Made by a program: the position numbers and the translations under genes. Shown here one piece after another: positions 1 through 13,540 of a stretch of DNA of 64,000 nucleotides (within the stretch, counting starts at the first letter, position 1; each line of letters starts with the position of its first letter). Source of the stretch: Squalus acanthias (lineage: Eukaryota); assembly GCA_030390025.1 (NCBI GenBank), contig CM059432.1, positions 99,512,001 to 99,576,000 of the forward strand, written 5' to 3'. The notes beneath the pieces were generated by a model. It was given only the letters and a program-made list of their open reading frames with translations, was not told the DNA's origin and did not search any database.

Positions 1-773
1 GGCAATGCCAAATGGCCTCCTTGTGTGGTGTTATTTGGTATGATTGCATTAGGACGAGGGTGAGTGTGAGGGATGGCTAGTCAGATGGGGATGTGATAAT
101 GTTGATAGAGAGGAATGGGTGGACATGCAAGGTATGTTGGTGTGAGTAATGATGTGCAGGAGCAGGCTTGGGAAGGCAGAGTGATGGGGATGTGATGAGA
201 GGCAGGGGAGGATGAAGTTGAGTGTGGCTTTGTACTCACCTTTCCTGATCTCATGAGATAATTGAAGCACTTCTGGCACTGCACCCAGGTCCTCCTCACA
301 ACATCCCTTCTGTTCACCTCCTCTGCTATCTCCAGCCAGGCTCTTTTGGTCTGCTTGGGAGGCCTCTTGCACCCATCAGAAGGGAAGAGGACCTCCCTGC
401 ATGCTCACACTCCCTCCACAAGCATATGGAGGGAGTCTGCTGAGAACCTGGGTGTATCCCTCTGCCTCTGTGCAGTCATGTGTTCAAGGCTTAGCAAGAC
501 CCAAATGATAAAATACAGTGCCTTCACACTCCTGGATGAACCTTCAAATGCAATGTGGCCAAGGTGCCTTTAAATAACCTGGCTAGAAATGAGTCATCGA
601 TTACATCATCAGACCTGAACCATTTAATAGGGCCGGGTAATGCGCAAGCCTGCCTTAATAGACCTCATTAAGGGAAACTTGTTCTGAGGAGCGGCATGAA
701 ATGAGGAACGGGGTCCCGACCCGCCACGCCGACCGCCCACACCCGACCCGTCCAGGTAAATAAAATTCTGGCC
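1..773. mobile_element. PIF/Harbinger transposon, right end (Myb/SANT-like gene exon 1 on minus strand at about 240-479, TIR ending at 773)
   Basis: Minus-strand peptide TPRFSADSLHMLVEGV...RRTWVQCQKCFNYLMRSGK followed by a GTGAGT donor at 239; end AAAATTCTGGCC resembles the TIRs of the other Harbinger copies here. Confidence 0.8.
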
Positions 774-1994
774 ATTGTATTTGTGAATTGAGTAGTGATA
801 AATTTATTAATATTGTTTGGAATCTTTGTTCTGTGGTGGCTCTCAGTTCAGCTTTGTGCCCAGGAGACGCTGTGATATTCCGTGACAGAGGGATGGTATG
901 TTGGGACATGTTTGATGAGGATGTGGTGAGCAATGGGGATCTGGGGTTTCATTCACTCGAATCAGAGTCTGATGAGGCGTTCACGGACAGCCCGTGTCGA
1001 AGGGAGACTTGCTGCCTGCCTCCTCCCTTCCTCCTTGTCCTCCTCCTCTTCCTCTTCATCCTCCTCCTCTGCCTCATCCTCTTCCTGAGGTCGTCCCACA
1101 ATCCCTGCTGGCAAGGCTGCGCCTTCATGATGGCCGAGTTGTGGACCATGCAGTAGACCCACGAAATGGGACACCCGCTCTGGTGTGTACTGGAGGGCTC
1201 CTCCCGAGCAGTCAAGGCAGCGGAGCCATTGCTTCAGCAGCCCGATGGTCTGCTTGATGATGTTCCTGGTGGAAGCATGGCTAGCATTATATGACTGCTG
1301 GGCAGGTGTGTTGGGTTTGCGGAGGGGAGTCATGAGCCAGGTGTAGAGCGGATAGCTCTTGTCTCCGAGCAGCCACCCTCAAGTTTGACGTGGTGGCTGG
1401 AGGATTGCTGGAACACCAGATGTTGAGATTAAATTATCTCTGGTCCTTTCAAATAAGCAGGGCTGACTGCAACCAATATGGTGGGTATGTTGTGTTTAGT
1501 CGGAGTTTAAGACTGAATATAACACATTAGCTATACAGCAAAAACATACGACCGTGACAAGCAGCTGGTACCAGTCCCGATCGGACAGATAGGTGGCATG
1601 CGCGAACAGCTCTTTGGCTTATGGCCTTTCTCCCTCTCTTTCTCTCTTCTAGAACTGCCAAGAGTGTTAGACACTCTCAGGAGCTCTTCACTCCACTGTC
1701 TGTGCTAGGGTCTTTTCAGGTCTTTCTTTTATACTCTTTTTTAGAAGTGGACCTGGGGTAGAATATTGACAAGACCATTTAAGCTATAGAGGTTCGCCTT
1801 AAAACAAGGTGCCCAATGGTATGTTGAGTTCTTTGTTTAAACCTTGGAAAAAGGGTCAACCCGCATGTTATCTCCCACCTGTCAGGGGGTCCTTTTAGCC
1901 ATGCCTTTCAGTAAGCTGAGAACTGTTTTTCCCTTATCTCATCCGGCCCTTTCCTTCCTAATTTTAGCACCCTGAAAAAGTTAGCGTCCCTACC

Positions 1995-2587
1995 CCGTAA
2001 ATTCAGTAGTAGCACCCCAAGAAGGAGGGGGAGCACGACTGGAAGCCATGCACGGTGGCACGTAGTGCCGTATCATTGCAGGCCTCCTCCCCTGATTAAA
2101 GGAGAGGGGTCTAGCGCTGTGCGCACCAGGGCCCTGCCGGACCACCGGGGAGCGGGTGCCGTGGAAACAGCCCGGCACTCAAGTACTGGGCTGAGCGATC
2201 GCGGCCGGCACCCCGCATAGAAATGTGAAAGGTGGGCAGGTGCTGGCAGTAGGCCAAAATAAAAAAGGCTGCCGACATCTGCCCTTTATTTTGCGCCGCC
2301 GCCTGCTACCACCGCTGCAAAACCGCCCCCTGATCCTGTCGCACATATAGTCAGGAGGCGCAAGAGGAGTTTGTGGCCAGGGCGCAAATGGGGCGCTGCA
2401 CACGGCGATGACGTTATCATCGCCAGCGCAGCAGTGCGGGGCGCTACCGGCAACCACCGTCACTAACCTCCTGCTGAATTTCACAGGAGGTGTTACCGGT
2501 GCCACGCCCGGGCGCTAGGGCACTTGCGCCCCATTAGCAGCCCCGGGGATGCTAACGAGAGGCGCAAAGCAACCCAATTTCTAGCCC
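1995..2587. mobile_element. GC-rich Harbinger-type MITE fragment inside the LTR
   Basis: Ends CCAATTTCTAGCCC like the other MITE TIRs; subterminal GGGCGCTA motifs; left TIR unclear. Confidence 0.55.
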
Positions 2588-3101
2588 ATAGTCTCTTATC
2601 TCATCCTGTCTTGTCCTCCCCAGCCTGGAGTCAGCAACTCCACGTTCCAGTCTCGGCCCTCAGACTCCTTCAGTCAGAGGCCCCTTTGTTCAGAGCGGTT
2701 CATGCAGCCAGCTGTGTTCAATTCATTATCATACTATTGTACCTTGAAATGAATCATTAAACTTCCAAAGATATCCTCTATTCTATTCTCACACACTGGT
2801 TAACTTATGCATTTTAGCAAGCAATTTTGTTAAACAAAGTCAAAATCCTAAAATATAACATTATAATATGATTATTTGCAGTAATGGAAGAAACATAGGC
2901 ATTGGGCCTTAGTTGGTCAAATTAAAGATACATTAAACAAAATCAAAATCCTAACTTACAATCAGCAGTCAGCTAGCCTGGGAGGCAAGGTCATATGTGA
3001 CTGCCACGGTGCCGAATGTTATCACATCCACAAGGAAATGAAAACATGGGCATATGTTAAGCATCTATCCATCTAATCTAATACCAGTCTGAAGACACTT
3101 T

Positions 3102-3563
3102 GGGCTGGATTTTGAATGACCCATGGAGTTGGGTTTGGAGGCGTGTGGGGGGTTAAATTTGCGGGGTCGGGGGTCCCGACCCCATCCCGACTCCATCCCG
3201 CCTCCACGCAATTTTGACAAAATCAGTCGTGGGGTTCCTGACTCCGTCCCACCTCCAAAAGGCGGGAGAGGCCATTAAAGCCCTTAACAAGCTCTAAATT
3301 GGCTCTGTAATGCGATTTTGAAACGTTTTAGCTAGTTTAACACTTTTCTGACGTGAAGCACGCCTGGTGTGAAACACTCCAGTGAAACTTGGCGGGAGCA
3401 CAAGTGGATAGCTGACTATTGGCTGCAGGTTCACTATTACAACGGAGATGTGATGAAGGTAGTAGTAGTATTAGGTGGTGTGAAAGTCACATCTGATGCT
3501 GCTGCATTGAATGTGTTCAGAGACTGCATGGCATTTGGTGTGAGAGGACTTGGATGCAAAAAA

Positions 3564-3608
<45 letters not shown>

Positions 3609-3920
3609 TCGCTCTCTCTCTCTCTCCCCTTCCTTTCCTCCCCCCACATCTTGCATCCAGGTCCACTCACATCAAAAGCAAGCCAGGCAGGTCCTCTCTC
3701 ACCAACAGTCTCTCAGACTAGGCAGTCAGCAATGATGACATCATCAGAGGCGACTTTCAGACTGAAACTACTAATTAGTTCATGGGCTCCCACATGCTGG
3801 AACTCAATTGACCAATTAAGTGAAAATTGCATCATTCATCCACATTCATCTGGAGTCGGGGGGGAAACATGAAATGCGGATGACACGACCCCAACCCGAC
3901 CCCAAGACAAAATCCAGCCC
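3102..3920. mobile_element. Non-autonomous Harbinger MITE
   Basis: 13-bp TIR GGGCTGGATTTTG/CAAAATCCAGCCC; TSD TTT; internal (CT)n at about 3567-3625. Confidence 0.9.
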
Positions 3921-4375
3921 TTTATCTCAAGCTCTAATACAAGTTTCCAGGAAAACAAAACTTAAGCAGTTCCAGTGAAACACAACTTATACATTAACCC
4001 CTTACTTATCTCGAGCTCTAATACAATCATTTAAACACAGTATTATTCATGTCACAATTTCATTCAATTAACCATATACATTTTAGGTACCCCTAATTTC
4101 TAACACAGACTGACGCAGGATGATGACATCATGACTGCTGCCAGGATAGTGGGCATTGACCATCAGGATGCACTGGACGTGGTCGCACAACAACTGCACA
4201 TTAAGTGAGTGGTAGCCTTTGCGGTTATGGAACATCTCAGGATTGTTATGCAGCGCCCGCAAAGCCACGTGTGTGCAGTTGATGGTGCCCTGCACCATGG
4301 GGAAGCCCTCTATCCTGGCAAAGCCACATGCACAATCCTCCTGCTTCTCCCTGCTCAGAGAGAAGAAAACATAAT

Positions 4376-5140
4376 GGCCCAGAAATTTGACTCGGAGGCT
4401 TGCCGCGGGGGTAAGGATCGCGCGCGATATCACCTACCGCGCCTGCCGTCCTTGTTTGCCCCCGCAGGAACTTCGGGTCCTGGGCCTCTCCCTAGTGCCG
4501 GCGTGCAGTATGTGCGTGTCCCAGGGGCGCAGTTAGTGCGATGCGACCTCTGGGATCACGTGGGCCATGGAGAGCCAATGGCAGCAGACCATCTTTCATT
4601 CATAGATTTGACAGGAAGACCTGTCAAATCTGTGAATTGAAAGAGGCCCCAAAAGAACAGCTAAACCTCAAATAAATTTAAAATAAAAACCATCACATTA
4701 ATAAAATAACTATAGTTAAATAAATTAACCACTTTAAACAAAAATTTCAATTTTTGAAAAAATTAAAAAATTTTTTAAAGTTATAAAAATAAACTTACCT
4801 TTCTTTAAAGTCTCTAAAAAAGATAAACCTGTTGAAAAAAATTAAAAATTATACTTAATTAACTACTTACCTTGCTCAAAAGGGGTCTTATGCCTCCTTT
4901 TTACTTGTGTAGAATCTTCAATACTTACCCTCGCGTTGAAACCTGAAAAAAAATCTAAGTGTGCTGCGTGCGCGCAGCCTCTAGTGCGCACGCGGTTCAC
5001 CTAGGAACCGCCCCCTTCGCCATACCGGAAGTGCCGGTTTCCCGCGCATGCACAGTGCATGCAGGAAACCGGCACTTCGGGAACGAATACGGGTGAGTAC
5101 GCAGCGGGTACTCTCCCATATTCGGCCGATTTTTTGGGCC
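4376..5140. mobile_element. Harbinger MITE (GGCCCAGAAATT family, AT-rich core)
   Basis: TIRs GGCCCAGAAAT/ATTTTTTGGGCC; flanks AAT/ATT; removal with one TSD restores transposase KRREYVFF. Confidence 0.9.
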
Positions 5141-5683
5141 ATTCTCTTCTCTTGGTGTAGAGAGCCTCTGTGACCTCCTGGATGCAGCGATGGATGGCAA
5201 ACTGTAAGTTGTTAGCTATGTCTCCTTCTGCAGACTGGAATAATCTACTGGTAAAGAAATTGAGGACCACGGTGACCTTAACTGCCACTGGGAGAGCCAT
5301 GTTTGCCTTGCTCTGAGGCTGCAGGTCTGGTTGCAGGATGGGCACAGTTCTGTGACTACCTCCTTGGTGAAGCGGAGCCTCCTAATACACTGCTCCTCGC
5401 TTAAGTGGATATAAGAGAAGTGCTCTCGGAAGACCCTAGGTGGGTAAGGCCTCCTGTTGAGAGACCTCCTAGCCCTCCTCCTCCTCCCGCTGTGCACATC
5501 TTCTTTTCTTTGCTGCCTCTGCTCCCTTTCCCTCCCTTTCCCGAAGATACTCGAGCATGAGGGGGACTGCAAGTAGAGTCCCCATGACTGTGAGCAAGTG
5601 TTGTAAGTAGAAGCCTTTAGATAAGAGTGAAGGCATGCTCCACTTGTCCCAATACTCCCTGTCACCTTAGGACCTTGAAAGAA

Positions 5684-6120
5684 GGGGCAACACGGTGGCA
5701 TAGTGGTTAGCACTGGTGCCTCACAGCGCCAGAGACCCGGGTTCGAATCTGACCTCGGGTGACTGTCTGTGTGGAGTTTGCACATTCTCCCCGTGTCTGC
5801 GTGGGTTTCCTCCGGGTGCTCCGGTTTCCTCCCACTGTCCAAAAATGTGTGGGTTAGGTTGATTTGGCTATGATAAATTGACCCTTAGTGTTAGGGGGGA
5901 TTAAATATGTGGGGTTATGGGGATAGGATGGGATATGTTAGGGGGAATTAAATACGTGGGGTTACGGGGGTAGGGTGGGATATGTGTACTGTGGGGATTA
6001 AAGCAGGGACAGGGTACTGGATTTGGATGATCAGCCATGATCGTATTGAATGGCGGAGCAGGCTCGACGGGCCGAATGGCCTACTCCTGCTCCTAGATTC
6101 TATGTTTCTATGTTTCTATG
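5684..6120 (+). mobile_element. tRNA-derived V-SINE (HE1-like) with CR1-type tail
   Basis: A box TGGCATAGTGG, B box GGTTCGAATC, V domain GTGGAGTTTGCACATTCTCCCCGTGTCTGCGTGGGTTTCCTCCGGGTGCTCCGGTTTCCTCCCAC, tail (TTTCTATG)n shared with local CR1 3' ends. Confidence 0.92.
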
Positions 6121-7885
6121 TAATAAAGCTGCTAGAGTTGCAGAAAGTTCCACAGAGCCAGTCAAACTGAAGAAACATGTCAGCTGCAAGTTGTTGTTGA
6201 TGATCCCTTTAAATAGCGCTTCTGGAGCCTCCTTCCTGCTTGTGAACGCTTGGTCAGCTGGTCGCAATTAACACAGGTAAGTTGAGCGGCACACTCCAAC
6301 ATGGCAGATCAGGTGTCAGCTGAGCATTGCACACCCACTGACGTCACGATTTGCATAATCTCCATATTGCTGGTGAGCGTGGACATTGGCACCGCTGCCA
6401 CCCAGCTGAAATTGGCGGCCGCTGCAGCACCCGCCGGCAGCCGCCGGGCCACCATTTTATTTCCTGAAACTGGCCTTAGTGGCCAGCGGTAATACTGCAA
6501 ATTTCTAGGCCTCTATCTATTGTTTCACAAGAATAAAATCCTGAGAGAAACCTTTACTGAGTTTTTATCAGTACTGTGGACATGTCTTTGTCCGAGAACT
6601 CTTCTCTGCTATATAACACACAACTAAACACATCTAAACCTCTACTGACCACTGTCTGGCTCAACTGTTACCGTTGAATCTGCAGAAGGTAAATTGGAGC
6701 CAAAAAAATGGTGACTTGAAGGTCTAAAGCAGAATTACCTGTAATACCCAAAAGGTTTTATCCAATAAATTGATGTCCAATGTCTTGAGAAATAATTGCT
6801 TGAGGACAAACCTATGTGGACTGTTCATGTGCCAAACATGCCAAGGGCATCTTAACTTTCTCAGCTGTATCTCAACACAATAAGCTATATACACAAGGAT
6901 AACAACAGTGTCTTAATTTGGCCCAAGCAACATACTGAATCCTTTGTCAAAAAGACATAAATGGAGGAATGCCACCTGTCATATATATCTGTCCCTCATT
7001 TGGAATGGATATTGACAAAAACTAAGTATTGTGAGACTAAAAACTACTATCTAATTGTCATACATGCCACTGATTTGTTGTCCAGCAGTACTTAAAAAAA
7101 ATCTTGCACAATGCAAAATAGAAATATACAGTGGATCATACCTTTAAAATGGTCAATATAAAAACATATTCTACAATATTAAGGGTTTTCATGACATTCT
7201 TTTCCTGTGAATAATTCCCTGACCAGTTTTCAGAACATCTTTCTTCACACACGTGTGATGAAAATTGAATAAGGAATCAATAGCAGCCTTTAAACTCATA
7301 CTGGAAGGCATGAATACACCCTAGGGCTGTTTTCACTGTGTAAACCTGATAAGTTTCATGAACAACCTTAACATGAAAGCAACCAGACAACTGCCTCACT
7401 ATGCTAGGTCTTTTTTGGTGAGGTCATAGTTCAGAATATTCCTGGAGGTATGAATCTCAAGGAATTTGTAAAGTGAACTAAGCGTTAAGGGTATACCGAC
7501 CTACAGCCTTAGGAATATCAGGCATTAGAATGAATTACATTTTGTTGGGAATGAACCCTGCTATCGTGAAGATAAGAAAGGGAAAACGTGCTCATAAATA
7601 AATCTATGTACTATCCAGATTGCTGGTCATTTTTACTGAGGAATCTGTAGAACGAATGGACCAGAGCACATGCAGACTGGGTGACTTAATAGCTTCAAAA
7701 GATCCAAAATACCATGCAATCATTTAGAAACATACTGCTTGTTGGTGCATTGACTAAACAACGTGCATAGCACATGTAACCAAGGAAGTGGTTGAAGGAC
7801 TCTGAACTGAATATAAGACAATAACTTCTCTAATAATACTTATTCCTTCCCTGTACACAAGTTGAACCTGTACACATGAATTTAC

Positions 7886-9660
7886 GGCCTAGAAATTCCC
7901 TACCTTAACGCCAACCATTTGCGCTGCTACCCTGGTGAAAAATGGCGGCTGCCACTCTAACGCGCTTCTCTGGCACGGGACTTGGTGGCTGCCATTTTGG
8001 TGAGGGCCTTCGTGCTGTCAAAAGCAGCACTGGCCCTGGAGATGCAAATGGGCAGAGAGTGATGTCAAAACGTTACATTCTGTGAACTTCGACCTTAGCG
8101 CTGAATTCAGCGCTGGGTCATAAGTGCACTCCGAAAAGTAAGTGTTTCTTCAGCAGACTGACAAAGATGCTGTCAGTACTTCTTAAAGGGACACGCACAT
8201 CTTTCAGGTAAGTTTGCATTTAAGCTTTTGGAGTGGAGTTTTTTTTACTTTATTGAAGTAGTGGCTTGGTGCAATACTTGTTAAAAGTTTTTTAAGTGTG
8301 CAGGGAGTGCAGAGAATGCTGCTGGACGCTTGCAAGGCCTCGGAGGGTAATGGAAGGTCTCTGAGAAGACAGAAAATACTGGAAATACTCAGCAGGTCAG
8401 GCAGCATCCGTGGAGACAGAAACAGAGTTCACATCTAAGGTTGAGATGCTGCCTGACTTGCTGAGTATTTCCAGCATTTTATGCAGTCAATTCAGATTTA
8501 CAGCATCCTCTCACAGAGGGAAAAGGAAAACGCAGAAGAGGAAGATGCAGAAGGAATGATGCAACCCAGACAGCCTCTTTCTGGCTGGGATATCCGGGAT
8601 GGAATCATCTGCCTGCAGTACCAGTGACCACAACTCCAATTCCCCTTTCAACATTTGTCCCACACCTTACCTTCCCTCTGTTACTGACCATCACAGTGTC
8701 CTCTTGGCCACAATGCTGAAATAAAAGCTGTCACAAAGCAAACTATCCAATCCAACATTATACATCTATCCATCCAATATGACATCAAGAAGTCAACTCA
8801 TCACCCTTATGCATTCCCGTAGTGGCTGTCTTGAGTGTGCCTTTGCCTATCCTACTGATGTCAAGCAGTGCTACCCCAGTGGCTGCAGCATGGCTGGTGG
8901 AAGGCTGCTGACTTTCAGTGGGGGACACTGCAAATGGCCTTGCAGGTCGACCATGAGGATCTAATGGCTGGGAGTGTGAAATCGAGTGGCAGTGCTTCTT
9001 ATTCTTCTTCTTCACTCTCTTCTCCCTCTTCTTGGTCAACCATTGGCTCGGTAAGCTGCATTTCTTGGGTGTGTGAAATGAGGAAGGTACAAGGGTAGAG
9101 TTCTGGTGAGGAGCGAGCAGGAAAGCAAGAGGTGCATGCAAGTAGGAGGATAACGTACGAGGATACCAGCATCTTGTATCCTTTCAGCCCCGCTGCTGGC
9201 CAAGGGCTCAGCCATGCCCCAAGAGGTGAAGCTAGGAATGTGAGGTGTGCCGAGGTTTTGGTACAGATTGTTGGTAGGTGAGTGATTGGGGAGGGGAGTC
9301 ATGCATTGAGCAATGTGTGAGGCTAGTGGTGCAGTTGGTAGCAGACAGCTTTTGAAGATGCATTCACTGACCTTGACCACTGGTCTGAGGTCATGAAACT
9401 TCTTTGGGCACTGGAGCCAAGTGATGGGGGCGACACTGATGGCAGTGACGGCCTCGGTAATCTGGTCCCACATCCTTTCTTTCTGGAGGGCCTCCTGGCT
9501 CCTGTGGGTAGAGGACCTCTCTTGCAGTGTTGACCCCCAGCACAAAGCTGGAGTGCTGCGTGTGAGCCTCTGGGTGCCCCTTCCCTGACATGCTGAGCCA
9601 TTTGTGTTGGTGCTGAAGCACTTTTCCCATTTTTTTAGGTGCAGAATGCAATTCAGCTTT
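7886..9660. mobile_element. Internally deleted Harbinger remnant (left TIR, transposase tail, Myb/SANT gene pieces on minus strand)
   Basis: TIR GGCCTAGAAATTCC; acidic transposase C-terminus at about 8515-8627; minus-strand MAQHVREGAPR...WDQITEAV...TWLQCPKKFHDL at 9371-9601. Confidence 0.75.
8366..8506. mobile_element. Two inverted fragments of the short hammerhead (Penelope-derived) repeat family
   Basis: AGAAAATACTGGAAATACTCAGCAGGTCAGGCAGCATC followed by its reverse complement; same family as 59336-59435. Confidence 0.75.
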
Positions 9661-11371
9661 AAGAGCTGAAGACTCCCATTTGGTAATTCTTTTTAATGTT
9701 AATTTTTTTCAGAAGGCAGTTGAGCTGTCAAAGCTAAAAACTGCCTATTTTTACATGATTTTTATTGTTTTAACTCCGACCAACTTTTGACTTCAGTCCA
9801 AGCTTCTGCTGTTGATTTAAAATCAGAGACAGATCAGTTGGACAGATATTGGGAAAAGAGATCTAAAATCAGAAAGGGCAGCCAGTACTGGAGTCTAGAG
9901 GTAGTGTTGCCATTTAAATGTCACACTGCTTAAGGAGTGGGGCAAAAGCAAATAGAAATGCACTGATTGAAATAATAACAAAGAGAGAAAATATATTTGT
10001 AGATGCCAGCCCACATTACGGTAACAATATTGATTGATTGAAACTTTGTAATATTAACCTTTGTCTTATATGAAAGTCATACTTTTTCAGGTATTCTGAG
10101 TGGAATTTTTGGGGTCTTCTTAAAGGTGGGTCACCTTAATTGAGAGTATATGCAGTACTCAGAGATTGTATCTCATTGTATAATTAAGTTTACAGAGAAA
10201 ATATAGAGCACATTCTAAAAACCTTCAGAAAATATCCCCAAATTGGCAAGCACGATACATCCAAATAACAAGCCTTGTCAATTAAGTGATGAGTTATGTA
10301 ATAATTCTTCCTTCTGCCATTGCAAAATGTATACTGTCTAGAAATATGGGCTTTGCATATTTTACTTTGCTTCTCTAGAGGGCATAAAATTAATAATTAT
10401 ACCGAGCATCTGATAAATGATGCATGATCACCATGTGTAAATAGCCTGCACATTTCTGACCTGCAGAAAAATCAGCCTTTCAGCAGACAAGCCTTCAAAC
10501 CTCCTTGGCAGGTATATCTGTCAACTAGAGTTGATTAATTCTAGCACTAATTTCTGTGAGATTCCTGGTGTTTCGCTGCTTCTTAATTGTTCTGAATTAA
10601 TAGCTTTGGTCGCTGTGTGTAGCAATAGCATCAATGTATCCATGAAAATTTCCTCTGGATGGTATATCTATGAAATTGTGAAATTCTATTATTGCCCAAG
10701 AAACAATGATCTAATTTAGAAGTCACTTTACATAATGACCAGAGCAATTTCCCCCCCATTAATGTTATGTGTGAAACTTAGAACTGCACATATTTCATAT
10801 CACTGTACATAGTCAGAGCAAATTGGTACACTATTTTCTGACCTGCAAGCAGTAAGCCCGTATTTTGCCAGTAACATTGCTCAGTTATTCTCAATCCAAA
10901 AAAGACAATCAATTTTCCAATTTATTGTATCCATAACAATTGGAAAGCAGCAACTTGACCGATACAAATGAGCCGTGCTCAGATTCTAGCGAAAGAAAAT
11001 AGAAGGCAAAAATACATTTTTTGCCGCAACATCAAAATGGCTGACACAGAGGGTTATTGAGCAGTCATAACCATATCATAAACCATTAGTCAAGTTTCAA
11101 AAGCTGTCATGATTATAAAGGCTTGCCCGCAGTGCTACAATGATTTTAAGCATATTGCTCACATGGAGGTTTCCCAGAGTAAAAAAAGGCATTAGCAAAT
11201 AAATGCAAAGTCATTGCAGCCAGAAAGTTATTGATATGGGCCAAACAAATGACCATTTTTCTCCAACTTCTGGCCAAGTGAGACAGCCATTTCCTCAAGT
11301 CCTTCACATTCCGGTGCCATTTTAATGCAATAATAAATGACAAGTAACAATTATAAAAGTGTTTGAAAAAA

Positions 11372-11495
11372 ACTACAAATGCAGAAAATCTGTAGCGAAA
11401 ACAGAAAATGCTTTAAATATACAACAGGTCCACTGGCATCTCAAAATATAAAAAAAAAGGTTCATGTTTTGGATGGAGACCTTTCATCAGAATTC
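11372..11495 (-). mobile_element. Degenerate short hammerhead retroposon copy
   Basis: Minus strand CTGATGAaaggtctccatccAAAACatgaacc (GAAA core mutated) plus family body. Confidence 0.65.
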
Positions 11496-11786
11496 TCAAC
11501 TGAGTTGTTACATTAAGCAAATAAATTAAGTATTGTTTCCACACTTACCGGATCAACCTATGGATTACAAAATTGATAAACGATGCAAAAGTGTTGTAGC
11601 TGGGCCTTTGGAACATTCGTGAATTTAGAATTTTTATTGTTGCGATATAAAATAGATATCTGGGAGTGTGATACAGAGCTTGATGAAGGATTTGAGTGAA
11701 TCACAATTGTAAAAGTCTCACACAGAGTTGCAGTATGCTTTGTTTGCCTATAATACAATTTTGTTTTTGCATTTTACCAAGTCCAT

Positions 11787-12512
11787 GGGGGAGCAATTTA
11801 GTATCGCCCCATTTGGGGGCAGTAACTTTCAGGTGGAAACTTAGCGCCAGACGCTAATGATTCCCAGCTTTTAAAAAATTGTGTTTTAGCACTCCAGGAA
11901 GGAAGTGGAGCACTAAATCAAGCACTTCACTTCTTCCTGGAGCGCTAAAGAAAGACGGGGCGGAAGTAGTGCAGTGCGTTCCGAGGCTCCTTCGCTCCCT
12001 TAAAGGGAAGGGCCATCGCTGCAGGCTCTGCATTGGGACCAGTTAGCTGGGCCCTGACGGCAGCTGCGATCCGGCTCGATCAGCCCCATGCACTCCAGCA
12101 GTGCCGGGCTGATCGATCACGGCCCAGGAGAATTGAAAAAAATTGCAAAATTACATTTTAGAAATTTTGCTACTTACCTCGGCAACCTCCCCTTTAACTT
12201 CTGCCCCCGAAGCGCCCGGCCTCCCGAACAATGCAGCTGTTGGTGTTTTCACCCAGCGGTGCTGCAGGGAGCGGAACCGAAGTTCTGGTCTGGGGCGGAA
12301 CCGAAGTTCGGGTCCGGGGCGCAACCAGGGCGATGCACACGGCAATGATGTCACGATCTCCGGGTGCAGGAGACCGTGGCACAAAGTTTTACCACCGTTG
12401 CAAGCCTCCCAGCCAAGTTAGCGGGAGTCGTTCATCTCACCACGCCCGGGTGGTAAGTCGTTAGTGCCCCGTTATCACCCCCGGGGGCGCTAACTCACCG
12501 AATTTCTCCCCC
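11787..12512. mobile_element. Harbinger MITE (GGGGGAGAAATTC family)
   Basis: TIRs GGGGGAGCAATTT/GAATTTCTCCCCC; flanks CAT/CAA; ends similar to 24835-25727. Confidence 0.85.
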
Positions 12513-12837
12513 CAAATGTTTTCATGCCAGTTTTCACTTTTGATTCTCGGTGTTGTTATGATTTTTGCCAATATTTACTTTCCATGACTGTTGTGCTCAT
12601 CAAATGTGGCTGTGCAGAGTTAGGTCATTTTACATGAAGTATTTCATTTCATAACATTGAACTACAGGAGAGGATTTAACTAGAAAATAAAATATGCAGT
12701 CTCCTCCCATGACAGGAGAAACAATGCCTCACATTTTATTCAGTAATACCAATGTTGTATGCATCACAGTTTTCCTGAAAAAACATTTATTCATGTGGAT
12801 GCCACATCTGTATAGATAGATGCATATAGAATCATAG

Positions 12838-13540
12838 AATGAGAAAGCGTGGATGAATAAAGCCATAAGGGAAAAATTGAGGGTAAGGAAAGAGACATAC
12901 ATTAAGTACATGGACAGCAGGGGAGAGCATGATAAAGGAGAATATGAAGAGATTAGGAGAGAAGTCAAAAAAACCAATTAGGAAGGCAAAGAGGAACTAT
13001 GAAATTAAATTATCAAGGAATATAAAACAAAATAGTAAAATATTTTACAGGCACATAAATAAAAAAAGGAAAGTCAGGATGGGAATAGGGCCACTAAGGG
13101 ACAGAGCGGATAATACCACAGGCAGCAATAGAGAGATGGCAGAGATATTAAATAATTACTTTGCTTCAGTATTTACCAGGGTGTTCGAGTAGATACAGAG
13201 AAAGTGTTTCCACTTGTGGGGAAGAGCAAAACTAGAGGCCATCAATATAAGATAGTCACCAAGAAATCAAATAGGGAATTCAGAAGAAATTTCTTTACCC
13301 AGAGAGTGGTGAGAATGTGGAATTCGCTACCACAGGGAATGGTTGAAGCGAATAGTATAGATGCATTTAAGGGGCAGTTAGATAAGCATATGAAGGAGAA
13401 GGGAATAGAGTGTTATGCTGATAGGGTTAGATGAGGAAACACAGGAGGAGGCTCGAGTGGAGCATAAACACTGGCATAGACTGGTTGGGCAGAATAGCCT
13501 GTTCCTGTGCTGTATATCCTATGTAATCCTATGTAATCTT
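12838..13540 (+). mobile_element. CR1 LINE fragment with large internal deletion
   Basis: IRKAKRNYEIKLSRNIKQNSKIFYRHINKKRK...AEILNNYFASVFT joined directly to FPLVGKSKTRGH...RRNFFTQRVVRMWNSLP; 3' tail (ATCCTATGTA)n. Confidence 0.85.

Larger units (their letters stand above)
1421..4105 (-). mobile_element. Solo LTR (ERV or Gypsy type) with nested MITEs
   Basis: TGTT...AACA termini; TSD CAGA at 1417-1420 and 4106-4109; removal restores the transposase frame DVIILRQSGVPAILQPP; minus-strand TATAAA near 1730. Confidence 0.85.
962..5585 (-). pseudogene. Harbinger (HARBI1-like) DDE transposase, fragmented
   Basis: Pieces [84 protein letters not shown] and an acidic tail. Confidence 0.9.
950..6511 (-). 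mobile_element. PIF/Harbinger transposon (transposase half) carrying nested LTR, MITE and SINE insertions
   Basis: TIR GGCCTAGAAATTTGC (minus) ends at 6511; transposase pieces are colinear once the insertions are removed. Confidence 0.85.

Noticed and set aside
3369..3872. 167-aa ORF with an SL repeat
   Set aside because: Translation of a (CT)n microsatellite inside a MITE
5684..5760. tRNA gene
   Set aside because: It is the tRNA-derived head of a V-SINE (also at 38480-38551, 34704 and 52070)
5216..5842. 208-aa ORF MDSGRKPEHPEETHADTGR...
   Set aside because: Antisense V-SINE translation running into transposase remnant, a common spurious peptide
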